Shown here: positions 25,650 through 39,159 of the stretch, one piece after another
How the letters are laid out: every line of letters starts with the position of its first letter
How positions within the stretch are numbered: the stretch's first letter is position 1
Source: Camelus ferus
Lineage: Eukaryota
NCBI RefSeq assembly: GCF_009834535.1
Contig: NC_045696.1
Location: forward strand, 83,640,001 to 83,704,000
Length of the DNA: 64,000 bases
Direction: 5' to 3'
Made by a program: the position numbers and the translations under genes
The notes under the pieces: model-generated
The model's input: only the letters and a program-made list of their open reading frames with translations
Told to the model about the DNA's origin: nothing
Databases searched by the model: none

Positions 25650-25882
25650 TAGGAGTTCGAGATTTGCAGATATCAACTACTATATATAAAATAGATAAAC
25701 AACAAGTTTCTACTGTATAGCCCAGGGAACTTTATTCAATATTCCATTCAGTAACCTATAATGGAAAAGAATATGAAAATGAACATATGTACGTACATGT
25801 ATGACTGAAACATTAGGCTGTAACCAGAAATTGACAAAACATTGTAAACCAGCTCAATTAAAAAAAGAATGGGAAAAAAAAA
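25650..25882 (+). mobile_element. Short L1 3'-end insertion (camelid type)
   Basis: ctactatatataaaatagataaacaacaagtttctactgtatagcccagggaac...acattgtaaacc, A-rich tail. Confidence 0.85.
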
Positions 25883-26799
25883 GAACTACCTTCTAAATAG
25901 GAACAGAAAGCCTAAGAATAGAATGAAAGACAAATAAAGCAGCTATATCAAAGTCCTAAGTTTCACAAACTTCCAATTAATTAAATTGACAGAAAAAGTC
26001 ACGCCAATGCTGCTACAGTTACTTTATCTTTAATCTGCGTGTCCTACACTCCCAGAATCAATGGGAAAATCTCTAACGGCTGCAAGGGTGATCACAGCAG
26101 AAAGCAGTTTCTATTTTTGAGTTCCTCCTTCCTATTATTCAGACAACACTTCGGAATTTTTTCTCCACAATTTAAATCTTGGTTGCTGGCCTGTTACTTA
26201 GCCAACAGTGCAGGATTTTAATTGAGGATAGCTGTCTCTCAGAGGGAAACAGCACCAACTTGGTAAAGCAAACATCAGACCAGCATGGCCCAAGGACTGC
26301 TAGCTGTTTTCTGGCTGATATAAAATTCCTACATATGTTGGAAACTGAACCATGATGGAATCAAAGTCCCCATTAAAATGATCTGTTTATCATGTTGGAT
26401 CAATAGGATGCAGTAAGTTAATACTGGTTTCCCAATGCAGTGAATCAATGGGATATTTTGGGGTTATATATTTAATTCCTTGTTCAGTTGTATTGTGAGT
26501 TTATCCAATGATTGCATAAGCACTCAATTAGCCTACTATTCTGGGTCCAGAATTCCTGGGACACTCTCCAACACATTTTTTCCCTCATCAAGATAGTTTA
26601 TTACTAGTTGGTTATATAACCTAACAGCTTAAGTAATTACTGAAACAAATGTCTTATTTATGGAATTTAAAAATAGAAAAATATTTAAATTAAAGAAAAA
26701 CTTTTTTTCTATAAATAGGTCAGAAATAGCCACAACTCTACTACAGTTAACAATAACAATAGTGACAAAAAAAACCTATTGCACAGGATTTAAGACTCT

Positions 26800-27362
26800 G
26801 ATACTCAAAAGCCTTTCTCTCATTCTTCTTTGCCAATGGGATCCCATTTTTTGGCTTGACAATGAGCCTAAAAGAACACCTTCTTAGACTCCCTTGCATT
26901 GGGGGGACTGTGTGACCTACTTCTGGACAACAAAATATAGGCTGAAATTCTTGGTGTGGTTTCTAGGAAAGCTATTATTTTCTTAAATGTTAAAAGGAGG
27001 GGGGTGTAAGAGGGGGTGGTGGAGGGAGAAAGTGGGGAAGGAGGGAGAGAGAGCAAGAGCAAGAAGGAAAGAAGGAAGGAAGAGAATAAGAAAGAATGGA
27101 CTTTCCCTTTCCTGCCTGGAGCCCAGAAGTGATGGCTGGCTGTGAAGCAGCCATTCTGCAACAGAGATGAAACCCTCCTATTACAGAAGTTGCAAACAAG
27201 ATGATCTGTGTCCTCAATGATTTATTCTGAGCAGCTGTGCATGGTTCTGGACTGCCCCCTCTCAAATTTCTTACTATCTGAGAAAAGGTAACCTCTTTAC
27301 GGTCAAGGAAGAGAGGGCAGATTTGTGACATGGCTGAAAAAAATCTCAACTTATAATATACA
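26800..27362 (+). mobile_element. Old MaLR LTR (MLT1J/K/L-like)
   Basis: tgtgtgacctacttctggacaa, ttcctgcctgga, gtgatggctggctgtgaagcagccattctgcaac, terminus ...aatataca. Confidence 0.65.
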
Positions 27363-27567
27363 TGTCCAGTGTGGTTGGGTTGCATGAGTCCAGGAAGCAT
27401 CATTTGTTTGCATCCTGTACAACCACAGGGCTCCGTCGCTGCCAGATGCTAAGCGTGCTCTGAGGATTCAAAAATTAGTGAAATCTGGATTCTGCCTTTC
27501 AGAAGCTTACAATCTACTGAGACAAATTTGTAAACAGATAGCTGCAACATAATGTTAACTGTGAAAG

Positions 27568-27833
27568 TAGGGTTTCATAAATGGTGTTCCTTGGGACAGC
27601 ACTCAAGTTAAAAAAATGATCTGTCATTGTATCAGTTTGGGAAACATACTCCATCTTTGTGATGCACACTGGCATATTAATGGCTCCGAGGAGTCCCGTA
27701 GCAAGAAGGCTATTTAACTTTCTTTGACCTACTGTTTCTTAAAACTGTTTAATAATAAAACCCCTTTCCCTCGAAGCAGTACCTCTTAATATCCTGCAGA
27801 CAAGTGTTATAAAACACACTTGAGGAAATGGTG
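27568..27833. mobile_element. MER103-like hAT-Charlie element
   Basis: tggcatattaatggctccgaggagtcccgtagcaagaaggctatttaacttt...aacacacttgaggaaatg. Confidence 0.65.
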
Positions 27834-27945
27834 TACTGAGTGATTTAATAAAGTTACAACCTTAGTCCTATGGCAAGTGTTACTGTGGAAATAATTCAAC
27901 TATGTTTAAATTATTCACACAGTAGTCCCTTAAAAAAAATCTTCC

Positions 27946-28419
27946 GTTGTGGTTTGAACTGTGTTCCCCCAGAAGGTATGCTGAAGTCCTAAACCCTGGT
28001 ACCTGTATATATGATCCAACTTGGAAACAGGGTCTTTGGAGATGTAATTAAGGTATGAGTTAAGATGAGGTCATACTGGATTAGAGTGGGCTCTAAATCC
28101 AACCACCTTTGCCCTTATGAAGAACAAAGGATACACAGACTCATAGAGTAGAAAGCCATGGAAAGACAGAGGCAGAGACTGGGTGGGGGGGTGGGTATTG
28201 CCGCAAGCCAGGGAATGCCTAGGATTGCTGACAACCACCAGAATCCAGAAGACAGCCAGACTGCAGATTCTCCCTCTGAGCCCCCAAGAAAGAACCAACC
28301 CTGCTGACACCCTGATGTGGACTCATGACCTCCAGAACGGTGAGAGAGAACACATTTTGATTGTTTTAAGCCACCTAGTTTGTGGTATTTCATTTCCTCA
28401 GCCCTAGGAAACTAAAACA
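27946..28419 (+). mobile_element. MaLR solo LTR (MLT1B/C-like)
   Basis: gttgtggtttgaactgtgttccccc...agggtctttggagatgtaatta...agatgaggtcatactggattag...ttgttttaagccacctagtttgtggta...gccctaggaaactaaaaca. Confidence 0.9.
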
Positions 28420-28727
28420 CAATCACGCTTCCTATTTGGCTTCTACCAATTCTATTTGTTTGAGAAATTTGTCTCGGTGCTTTCTCTGCAGTCTAGCAGC
28501 TGGGTTGGAAAAAGGAAGGGCTTGAAGTCCAGAAGAGTATGAGCCCTGACTCAGCCTATTTATTAACTCTGAATTTAGGCAAGAGACTCAGATGTTCTGA
28601 GTCTCAAGTTTTCTCAGGGGTGAAATAGGGACAGAAATGTTCATTCATTCATCAAGTCATCCATTCCTTTGAACACCAACTGTATGCCAAGTACTGCGCA
28701 AGGCACATAGATCAATATTAAACAGGC

Positions 28728-28923
28728 TGACTATATATAAAAATAGATTTTAAAAAAGTTTCTTCTGTATAGCACAGGGAACTGTGTTCAGTATCTTGTA
28801 ATAACCTTTAATGAAAAAGAATATGAAAACGAATATATGTATGTATATGCATGCCTGGAACATTGTGCTGTACACCAGAACTGACACATTGTAACTGACT
28901 GTACTTTACTAAAATTAAAAAAA
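28728..28923 (+). mobile_element. Short young L1 3'-end insertion with TSD
   Basis: tatataaaatagat...tgtatagcacagggaact...cacattgtaactgactgtact, A tail; TSD attaaacaggc at 28717-28727 and 28924-28934. Confidence 0.85.
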
Positions 28924-29689
28924 ATTAAACAGGCAATTAGAAAATCCTGCAAAGGTAAAGCAGGTGCTAAGGGAGGGCATGACCTGACCATATAAGCTAC
29001 CCTTGGAGGTGGTCGTGATGATTCAATGAGAAGTATGTGAATGTGCTTTATAACATGGACCTCAAAATATAAACAAAGATATTACTATAAACAGGATCAG
29101 ATGGATTAAAGAGAATGGGTGTCCCTGTTTCTTATGGTCAAACTGGTAAATATTAGCTAAAAAAAAAAATGTATTGGTGAGGTTTCAGAAGACTGGCAGG
29201 AGAAACTGTTAGAGATCCTAAGAGGGGCTAGAAGCATATGAGGGATTTGTGAATTTATTAATCAGAAATTCAAAAAAACAGACCTGGTCATGCTCTTCAC
29301 AGAGTTAAGCCAAAGCCCGCCTATCACATATTATAATTAGCTGAGATGCTGGATAATTGTTCCTTTTTACTTCCAAAAGGAGATAAAATGGACGTTCGTG
29401 TTGACACATGACTTGGTACCTACAGGAAATATCAGCGCATCAATAACAGGAAGGTAAAGGGCTACTGGTGTTACACTGGCCAAATGTGTGCTAGAATAGA
29501 AGAGAATCGGTTGCCTTGTATCAAACATCTCTGAAGTCACGCAGCTGAATATTTGAAAGTTGAAGTCACTGGTACCTACACGACGAAGGTACAAAAAAAA
29601 ATCACCACAATAAACATGTCAGGGGTGATCAATTGATTTCTTTTGGAACCAGCCAGCCACTAGAAAGATTCCTTCCTTTCATAGGGCGT

Positions 29690-29800
29690 CACCCTTATGA
29701 CCATATTTAACCTTGTCGCAGGCCCTATGTCCAAACACAGTCATGACATGGGTTAGGGCTGCAATATATAAACTCGGGGGGATATATTCAGAACATAACA
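29690..29800 (-). mobile_element. MaLR LTR fragment (MLT1A-like)
   Basis: cacccttatgaccatatttaacctt...ggccctatgtccaaacacagtca...ggttagggctgcaatatataaa...ataaca. Confidence 0.65.
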
Positions 29801-32189
29801 CTCAGTTCTTGGTATGTAATCAAGGGGAGAAGAGGTGAAATTGCTTATTTAAGTGTGCAGTTGGTTGGAGGTGGGCAAGCCAAAACCCGAGGAGCCCGTG
29901 GTTAGGATGGGAGCCTGGCTGTGGGTGAGCCTGGAAAAGAGGGGCCCGACCTGGAAAGATTATGCTCCTGGAGAAAACCCTCCCCCTCCCTCTCCTTTCT
30001 TCCCTTCCTTGGTCCAGGTGCTCGTCTAAAACTACATCACTGGCCACTCGGTTTCATTCCATGGTGCTCTGACCAACAGTCCAAGGGTACACGTTGGTTT
30101 CTTTACTGGAAACCAGCACGTCAACTAATAGGAAATCTCAGCAACTCTTTACTCATCCGTGTATGTCTAACAGTTATGAAGACATTCCCTTTATTTATTT
30201 GATTTTATGATGAAAATCCAGAGGTTTTTCATTTACTTGTTTTCCCCTCTCATGCATTAAAATTCTGCACGCTTCAAGAGGCAATGCAACTGAAAATGCC
30301 TATGAACAAACTAAAGTTTTGATTTAAGTGCCACCACTGAGGGTTTTTTTCTATCCACTATCCATAGCTGTTTTTTATGAAGTAATTTTTGAACTCAGTA
30401 TCATCAATATAATAAAATAAAGGCACAGGGCTCGTGTGTTCTGTGGCCCCTCAGCCTGAAAGGTGTCTTGTCTTATGTTTCCTCCTGAGGCTCAGGCTTT
30501 GAAGAGAACAAAGTCGTTCTGGAGTTTCTCTTCCTCCCCTAGAGTCATTATTATCTGAAGCGTAAAGAAAATAAAGGAGAGTGTTGCTTCACCAGCGCAC
30601 TTGTCACTCTTTCATGCTTGCTTCATCTTGTGGTAGTGGTGGCGCTGTTCCAGGCTGTGGGGAAAATCGGCCCTTACATGAAGTGTTTAAGCAAAGAGTA
30701 ATTTATTAATATTAACACAGGTGAGTGCATAGGAGCCAGAAGAAATAAACAAAAGGCAGAAGCCCCCTAGGCATGCTCACAACGGTAAAGCTACTATTCC
30801 CTCAAGGGCCACGGTAAGAAACAGCCGCCTCTCTCAGGCCCTTGTCTCTAAAATTTCACACCTTCTACTGCTTTTTCTCAGTGCCCCACTTTATTCCTAG
30901 GTGATCTAGCCCTTCTCTGTCTGGCCAGTCACAACGGCAGATCAGAATCAGAAGCGTGTAAGATCGGTTATCTCCTGAACTCAAATCAGATATAGTTGCT
31001 CCCTGAAGATGGTCAAACATGAACCTGGTTTAGCTTTTCAGCTTGCAATACAAATTCAACACAGAAATGCCTACCTGGTGATTTGTACTGGGTCGGTCAC
31101 CAAGGAGAGAAAACCAGCCCAGCTATCTTTTCTCAGATATCAGACAACTACCTTTCCACACAAAATTTTCTATTTCAACACATTTCAAGTGGAAATCTTT
31201 CTAAAATGCTTAAGAAGTTTTTGTGACTCTACCAATAGTAACCACAACATAATTTGCTACTAATCTCAAGATTATCAGAGTGGGTCCTGGTCTTTCAGAT
31301 TAAGACACTGCTTTGTCAAAGAGCAGTATGGCCTCTCCTAAGCAACCTGTGGCGAGCTAGGCAGCTGCCAGGTAGAAAGGACTCCTGTGAGTCTGGGCCA
31401 GTGGTCATCAGACACTTGGCATCAGGACCTTCAACGGATACAACTATTCTCGGAAGTTCTGGGAAAGAGTCCGATTTAGCTCCCCTAGAGCAAAGACTTG
31501 GCATGAGACCATAGCTACACCCAGAATTACAGATGGGGCCGTCTCGTGATTCTGTGAGAAGTTCGCTTCTTTACTTGGCTTGTGCTACACAGTATGTCAT
31601 TTTCTGCCCACAATTTGGTGAAAGAGAACTTTTCTAAGCTCCTCTCTAAGCGTGTGCATGCAATGCAAAAGCACGGCTTCTGAGTGCCAAGTATAGCCGA
31701 ACAAAGGACAAAAGAATAAGATTATCTATTCTCTAAAAATACCTTGCATAACACAACCCAAAGAATGCACTCTACTTTCAAGCCTATGGCTAGTTCAAGT
31801 AAATGTAATCATCGTCAGCCTTGAATTGAATGGATAATTAAAGGTTTAAACATGTTGTAAAAATGTCAAAAAATAATTCAAACTCAGTCATAGTAATGAT
31901 TTTTCTATGATTTGGGCAAAGGGTTAATCTCTGAAGAATACAGATAGTGTAAATGATTAACATACCTGTAAGATACCGATTCAAATCCCTTCACATACTT
32001 GAATACACTTTGCTAGAAATGTTTTGTTGACAGATGTTAATAGAGATATTTAAGAAAACATTATGAAAAGAAAGAGATTTACAAAAATTATAATTCAAGT
32101 ATAATTCCTACACTTCCCTTCCCAAGCTCCCGCATTATAGACTAGCTTCAATGTTCTTTTTGTTAATAGTAGGTGTATTTCACAATCCT

Positions 32190-32640
32190 TTGATCCCTTT
32201 CAAAATCCTGGCATGGCTCCCTTTTTTCTAATGAAGCCCATATTTTAGCATTCTTAAGTTTATCCACTCTTTGGCCTCAATTTGTCTTTCCAATTTAGTT
32301 TCTAATCCTCACTATTCAAAACCTATACTCCCGTATTATTAGATATTTTATCATTCCTTGAGAAAGCCCTGCACTATCCTTGGACCATTTCTAATGTTGC
32401 CTTCTCCATGAAGCCTCTGTGATCCCTTTAAACAAAAGAGATGAGTCCTTTATCTGACTTCTGTAGTCCTTTGTGTTTCTAATGTGGCACCTATCATTGT
32501 ATTGTGATGTATTATTATCTGTATACCTTTTTTCTCTTACTAGATTGTAAAGTGACTAAAGGACAGAATGAGTTAGTTGCCCAAGTGGATATCACTAACA
32601 AAACCTAACACAGTGCTTGCATATACAAAATGCAAGATAG
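32190..32640 (+). mobile_element. L2 LINE 3' region
   Basis: ccttctccatgaagcct, actagattgtaaagtgactaaaggacag, cctaacacagtgcttgcatat. Confidence 0.6.
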
Positions 32641-33779
32641 TAGAATGGTATTACATATGTATGAGTCAGTTGCAATACAACAGAAACCCAATTCAAAGTG
32701 CCTGAGTTCCTAAAAGGGGGCATTTATTGACTCATATAAATGGCCAATCCAGGGATGCAGCTGACCGTCAAGTATAAAAGGATCCAGGCATTCACAGAAG
32801 GTCCTTACAGTTCCCCTTTATCTCTCTGCTCTTTCCACATTTCTTTGTCTTCATTTTTTAAGGAGATATTTTCCACCGGGTGGTCAAGAAAGACACCAGT
32901 GGCCTTGAGTCACATACTCCAGGGAAGACAATCACTGGCTCGCTTGAGTTTCATCAAGTCACATCCAGATATAGAATAAACGCATAGTTTCCTAATGGAA
33001 CTCAAAGACTAAAGAAGCTTCTGGACAGTAAAAAACAAAAAACAGACCAAAAAACCCCCCAAAACTCTGCAAATTACACTACAAATTACAAATTAACTTT
33101 TTAAGAACCCTACAGACTGATATAAGAGTTTTATCTTTTTAAAATTTTAGTGAAAATATCAAATCAACAAGTATATACTATAAGACTGTGTATTATGCTC
33201 AAGAGATACAAATGTCATAAAAGCCAAAGTTTCAACCACTGAAAAATCATGGTCTGACTGATCGCTGACAAAATTAGATGCATGACAAATGAGCATAAGA
33301 TGTGATATTAACCAAGTGTTAAATATTGCAGCACAGATTATAACCTCAATACTAAGTCAGGAAAGAAAGGATGATTATGGGGCAGAATAAGCACCGGAAG
33401 ATTTATGGAGATGGTGAAACTGTCTAACTTAATGAAGGATGGATTGTTTTTGAATTGTTGGAAGAGGGTGGGAAGGAGTGAGGGTGAAAGGAAAGAGAAC
33501 GAAATTGCTCGATGGTGGGCACTCAATCTAGAGAAATGATTATAGACAACAGCTCACTCATAATAGAGCATTCATGCTGAGGATAAAGTGAGATGCTCAC
33601 AGAGAAGTTAGCTTAAGAAGATTTTGAATACTGGGCTTATGAGTTTGAATTTGATCTAGTTACAATTTCTCTATATGTAGGTTTGAAGAAGAATAGAGAG
33701 GGAAATTCAGCTGGATCTGGAAATCCAGATCATGATGTAACTGAAGTTCAGAAGTTGGAGCAGTATTTTTGCTGTGAAA

Positions 33780-33908
33780 CAGGGGCCGCCGCTACCACTT
33801 CTGCAGGTTGTATGCTGTACAAAGCCAGGGGGCACCAGCCACAACGCAGTGTGAACAGTGCCTCTGAAAGTTGTGAAAGGCACAAGCTGTATAAAAAGAT
33901 ATGGTCCA
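33780..33908. mobile_element. MER91A-like hAT-Tip100 palindromic MITE
   Basis: caggggccgcc...tgcaggttgtatgctgtacaaagccagggggcacc...gtgaacagtgcctctgaaagttgtgaaaggcacaagctgt, a decayed internal inverted repeat. Confidence 0.65.
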
Positions 33909-35417
33909 TCTAGATGACTTCAAGAAGCAAAACATATCAACTTGATGGGAGTGGAATATAAGTAGGTACTAGACAGAAGTTAGCGAGAAGGCTGCAGAGA
34001 AAAGTGGAGACCAGATTAGGGAGTGCCTTGAATCCCAGGCTAAGAAATGTGGACTTTATTCTGTATTTAATGCAGAGGAGAAGTTGGAGAAGCCATTTGC
34101 AAGATTTTGACTAGAATAGTGAAGTTTCAATCAGTGTATGAGAAAAATTAAATTTAGGCTTAGGATAGATTCACGGGGCAGAAATGAGCAAAATAGAGAA
34201 CTCTGAAAAGATCATTAGAGCAGGGCAGAAAAACACTGGTCTATAAGATAGGAAGCAGAGGAGATATTTGGAAGGTATTTGGAAAAGAGAGAGAGAGAGA
34301 AAAAAAGAAAGGCAAGAAACTACGATTTTGTGAACCTCTTACAAAAGAAACATGTGCCCTGGGACAAATTATTATTACTTAGGTAGAGAATAAAGGACAG
34401 AAATTACATTTCTCTCAAACTGCTCCCAGTGACTTTACTCCTGGCAGTTATATAGTTCTTCAGAGTTTACACAGTAATTTCAAATATATTATTCCATTTG
34501 GACCTAGATACTTTTTGAAATCATGAAATTAAGCAATTTCCTCAGCACATATACAAAGGTAACATCTAAAACATAGAAATGTTTATTTATCACCTATGAT
34601 AGAATGCAATTTAATATTGAAGAATGGGCAGTAATACCAGCATGTCTAAAACCAAACTTTTCATATGCTCTGGGCCTATTTTTTCTCTGGAGCCCATTCT
34701 TCTCCAGGGAGCTTGCTCCCTATCGATCCTCTTCCCGCCCCTGATCTTCCTTCAGCATTTTGGGGAAAAAAATCTTTAACCTGTTTGCATCCTGGGTCAT
34801 CTCTTCACTTCCCATCAATCGAAGCTGCTGACAGGGTAAGTGTATGTTTCATGTCTCTATGTCCTTTGCAGGGTCACTTTTCAATCCATCCCACGTCTGC
34901 AGGTTTTTCTACCTGCAGACAGCACAGACCTCCTATTTGCTATTTCTGTTGGACCCCCTTCAGTATCTACCAGACTGGACCTCAGCAGTGGATGGTGCCC
35001 TTCCTTTCCTTTACTTTTGAAGCCCCTGCCTTGGGTTCCTGGCCTCATTCTGTTATTTTGCCTTTGAGCCCTTGGCTTTCTCCTGTCCTTTCATGTTTGT
35101 AATTTTCCAGGGTTCCATTCTTCACCCTGGACTCTTTCTTTCAATCCAGATTTCCTCTGGCAAATTTCATCCACTCGTTCTAAAGCTTATATACTAGTAG
35201 CTGTCGACATTTTACCTCCAATCCAAATGCAAAGCCATATATTTACAACTGGATGTGCCATAGATGCTCCACATGTTCAGCACTGAATTTCTTACCGGTA
35301 CCTCAAGTCTGTTCATCTTTCCATATTCTCTTCAGCAAGTATGGACCCATTGTTCAGGCAAGGATCTAAAGTAGAAAACATAGAATTGTCTTTGATTCCT
35401 TTCTTGATCATCCTCCA

Positions 35418-35820
35418 TGTGATGATTAATTTTATGCGTCAACACAATTGGACAACAGCAGGCACAGACATTTGATTAAACATTATTTCTGGCTGTGTTT
35501 GTGAGGATGTTTATGGATGAGATTAGCATTTAAATTCATAGACTGAATACAGCAGATTTCCCTCCCCAGTGTGGTGGGCCTCATCCAATCCCTGGAAGGC
35601 CTGAATACAATAAACCTGCTCTCCTGCTCTCCTGGTTCTCAGGCCTTTGGGTGCAGACTAGAACTTGACCGTCTCCTCTCCTGGGTCTCCAGCTGGCCGA
35701 CTGCACATCCTGGACTTCTCAGCCTCCTTAATTGTATGAGAAATTCCTTTCTTTCTATAGAAAAAAATATTTGTATATGTTCTATTGGTTTTGTTTCTCT
35801 GGAGAACACTGGCTAATACA
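35418..35820 (+). mobile_element. MLT2 (ERVL) 5' LTR
   Basis: tgtgatgattaattttatgcgtcaac...ggatgagattagcattt...gggcctcatccaatc...tctctggagaacactggctaataca, TG...CA termini. Confidence 0.92.
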
Positions 35821-38800
35821 GATTTTGGTGCTAAGAGTGGTTCTAGAGGAACAGAATTTTAAGGATGCTTTCTGAACTGGTTCTGTTTTGTTTTTTTTAA
35901 TTGGCTCTCTAATCAGATTAAATTGAAAGATGCTAATGACTCTATTTCTAGTAGTAACAAGAGCACTGACGGCCTATGGCATGATCTGGCAATACAGATA
36001 TGCAGAATATCTTCATTATACTTCAAAGCAACCAACCACTTATAAGAAGCAAGGAGATTAGTGGCTGCATATACAATGCTGTCAAACATTTTGGGAAATC
36101 TAATGAATATAGTGAGGTTGGCTGGTTTCCCCTAACGTGGCTGGACAAAGTGGTAAAAGAAAAGGATGAGTTCAGGGATACTAATTCCCAGTTCAAGCAT
36201 CACATAAATGAGCCAAACACTTATATGTGTGTCCTGAAGGTGATCTTTATCTCCTGTAGCTGCAGGGCTGAGACTGGTGAAAATCAAACACTAAATTTCA
36301 TCCTGCAATTGACTGAACTACAAGTTGAACTCCCAGCTTCACAGGGTGTCTACTATTAAAAGTGAGGGCACTGACTGGGAAAGGGAATCTTTTAATTGTA
36401 ATGAGGAGTGTGTGGGAAGACCCTGAGGAAGCTGGGGAATCTGAGCCCCTCAATTCTGATGAGTCTTCTTTCTCAGTGGAAGCAGCCTCCCTACGCCCAG
36501 GGTATCAGCCTCTCCACTTGTCCCCACCCCTCCATCGGAGAAGATAAACTCCGCACTGCCTGAGGAAATTAACGCTCTCCTGTACAGGGCTGCTGTGCAA
36601 CACAAAGCTGATTCTTTTCAGCACCCGTCTCCACTACCCCTCTTTGCTTCTAGACCTCTTAACTAGACTCAGGTCCCAGCAGGCTCCTAAGGTTCAAAGG
36701 TACAAAGTTTGACTGTGAGGAGGGGGCTGCACTCCAAAAGAACTACGTAAGTTTTCAAATTTACACAGACAGAAATCTAGGGGACATGCATGGGAATGGA
36801 CACTGAGGGTGTGGGATAGTGGTGGAAGAAACAAACATAGATCAGGCTGAAATTATCAATATGGGCTTACTAAGCAGAGACTCTGGATTTAATGTTACAG
36901 CTTGGGGAGTTGGCTAGAGTTCTAACTGTCTGCTTGGCTGATTGGATGAAACATGGACCACAGGGTAGCCCACTGTGAGCAAATTAGAAATGCCAGGCCC
37001 GCCTTGGTTTAATGTAGAGGAAAGGATTCAAAGACTTAAGGAGTTTGGAATGTAGATTTGTTAAATCAGTGGATTTGTCATTTAAGACCTACTCACTCAC
37101 AACTGAGAGTCCAGGTGACATACCAGGAGACATACCAGGGAGTCCAGAAGACATACTTTTCACCATTCTGAGAAATAAATTTGTGCACAAAGCCCCAGCA
37201 TCCTTGAAGAGCTCTGTAATCACTGGTCTCTATAGGCCAGACCTTGTAGTGAGGACTACAGCCATTGACTTGAGAAACCTGAATGCGATGGGAGTAATTA
37301 GATCCTGGGATGGCAAAGGCCAAGTGGTGGCACTCAACCAACAAAAGCAAGATGGGCATGGTTGCCATGATGGATGGCAGAGTCAAGCAGCAGTCTGAAT
37401 AGCCTGACTCCACAGGCCTGTGGCACTGGTTGGTTGATCATAGTGCTCCAAGAAGTGAGGCAGACAGGAAGCTTACTACATCTTACTTGATCTGTAGCAG
37501 CAGCAAATTCTAGGGAAAGTGGACAAAAGTCTAACCTGAATTATAAAAGAGTCATAACCTCTCAACTAATTCCCAGACTTGAATTAGTTTTCAGACTCAG
37601 AGCCCTCTGAATACAGACGAGGCTGGGTCCCCTTAAGGAAGGACCCTGGTATACTGCCAAAAATTTATACTGTTAGTCTTTCTCCAAGCTTTTGCCAAAA
37701 GGACCTTTAGCCTTTTACCAGGGTAACTGTACTTTGGGGAAAAGGAAATAATTAGACCTCTTGGAAACTACTAGACACTGGCTCTGAACTGACACTAATT
37801 CCAGGAGACCTGAAACATCACTGTGGTCCACCAGTCAGAGGAGGGGCTTACAGAGGGTAGGTGGTCTAAGAATTTTAGCTCAGATCCCTCTCACAGTGGG
37901 TCCAGTGGGTCCTTGAACCCATCCTGTGGTTATTTCCCCAGTTCTGGAATGCATAATTGGAATAGATATAATCAGAAGCTGGCAGAACCCCAACATTGGC
38001 TCCTTGTCCAGGAGTGAGGGCTATTATGGTGGGAAAGGTCAAGTGGAAGCCATTGGAACTGCCTCTAACTAGGAAAATAGTAGCCAAAACATCCCCATTC
38101 AACTTGCTTATTTGGTCTGTGCAGAAGACAGATGAATCTTAAAGAATGACAGTGGATTACTGGAAGCTTAACCAAGGAGTGATTCTAATTGCAGCTACTG
38201 TACCAGATACGGTTTCACTGCTTGAGAAAATTAACACATCTGCTACCTGTTATGCAGCTGTTGATCTGGCAAATGCTTTTTCTTGATACCTGTTGTAAAG
38301 ACCACCAGAAGAAGTTTGCTTTCAGCTGGCAAGGCCAGCAATCCACCTTCACTGTCCTACCTCAGGGGTGCATCAACTCTATAGCCCTAAGTCACAATTT
38401 AGTTCATAGGGATCTTGATCACTTTCCCTTCCACAGCATATCTCACTGGTCCATTACATTGATGACATTATGCTGATTGGAGCAAAAAGTACCAACTACT
38501 CTAGATCTATTGGTAAGACACTTGCATGTCAGAGGGTGGGAAATAAATCTGAGAAAAATGCAGAAGCCTTCTACCTCAGTGAAATTTCTAAAGGTTCAGC
38601 TGTGCAGGGCATGGAAAGATAACCCTTCTAAGGTGAAGGATAAGTTGTTGCATCTGGCCCCTCGTACAAACAGAAAAGAGGCACAATGCCAAGTGAGTCC
38701 ATGAATTTGGGAGCAATTTAGTCCTCATTTGAGGGTGTTACTCTGGCCCATTAACTGAGTGTCCCTAAAACTTCGTTTTGATTGGGACCCCAAACAAGAA

Positions 38801-39155
38801 GGCTCCGCAACAGGTCAAGGCTGCCCCTTGGGCCCCATGACCCAGCAGATCCAATGGTACCCGAATCGTCAGAGGCAGAGAGGGATGCTGATTGGAGCCT
38901 TCAGCAGTCCCTAGAGGTGGATCACAGTGCAGATCCTTAGGATTTTGGAGCAAAACCCCATCATCCCTCTGAAAATAACTACTCTACTTTTGAGGAACAG
39001 CTTTTGGCCTGTTACTAGGCCTTAGAGACTGAATGCTTAACCATGGATGACCAAGTTACCATGAGACCTGAGCATGTTATCTGACCCACCAGGCCACAAA
39101 GGCATGCACAGCAGCACTCCACCATTGAACAGAAGTGGTGTTTACGTGGATGGCC
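35821..39155 (+). mobile_element. ERVL internal region: PBS, decayed gag, protease, RT and start of RNase H; 3'-truncated
   Basis: gattttggtgctaagagtgg directly after the LTR (ERVL PBS region); protease LLDTGSELTLIPG at 37768-37806; RT HQKKFAFSWQGQQSTFTVLPQG and YIDD at 38455-38466; multiple stops and frameshifts. Confidence 0.93.
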
Positions 39156-39159
39156 TAAA

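Noticed and set aside
29414..29580. tggtacctaca repeated ~155 bp apart, with tgaagtcac also repeated
   Set aside because: Only two copies, no array, and no identifiable insert or tail between them
29810..30080. Possible ancient Gypsy-type LTR fragment
   Set aside because: Resemblance from recall too weak to call without a Dfam search
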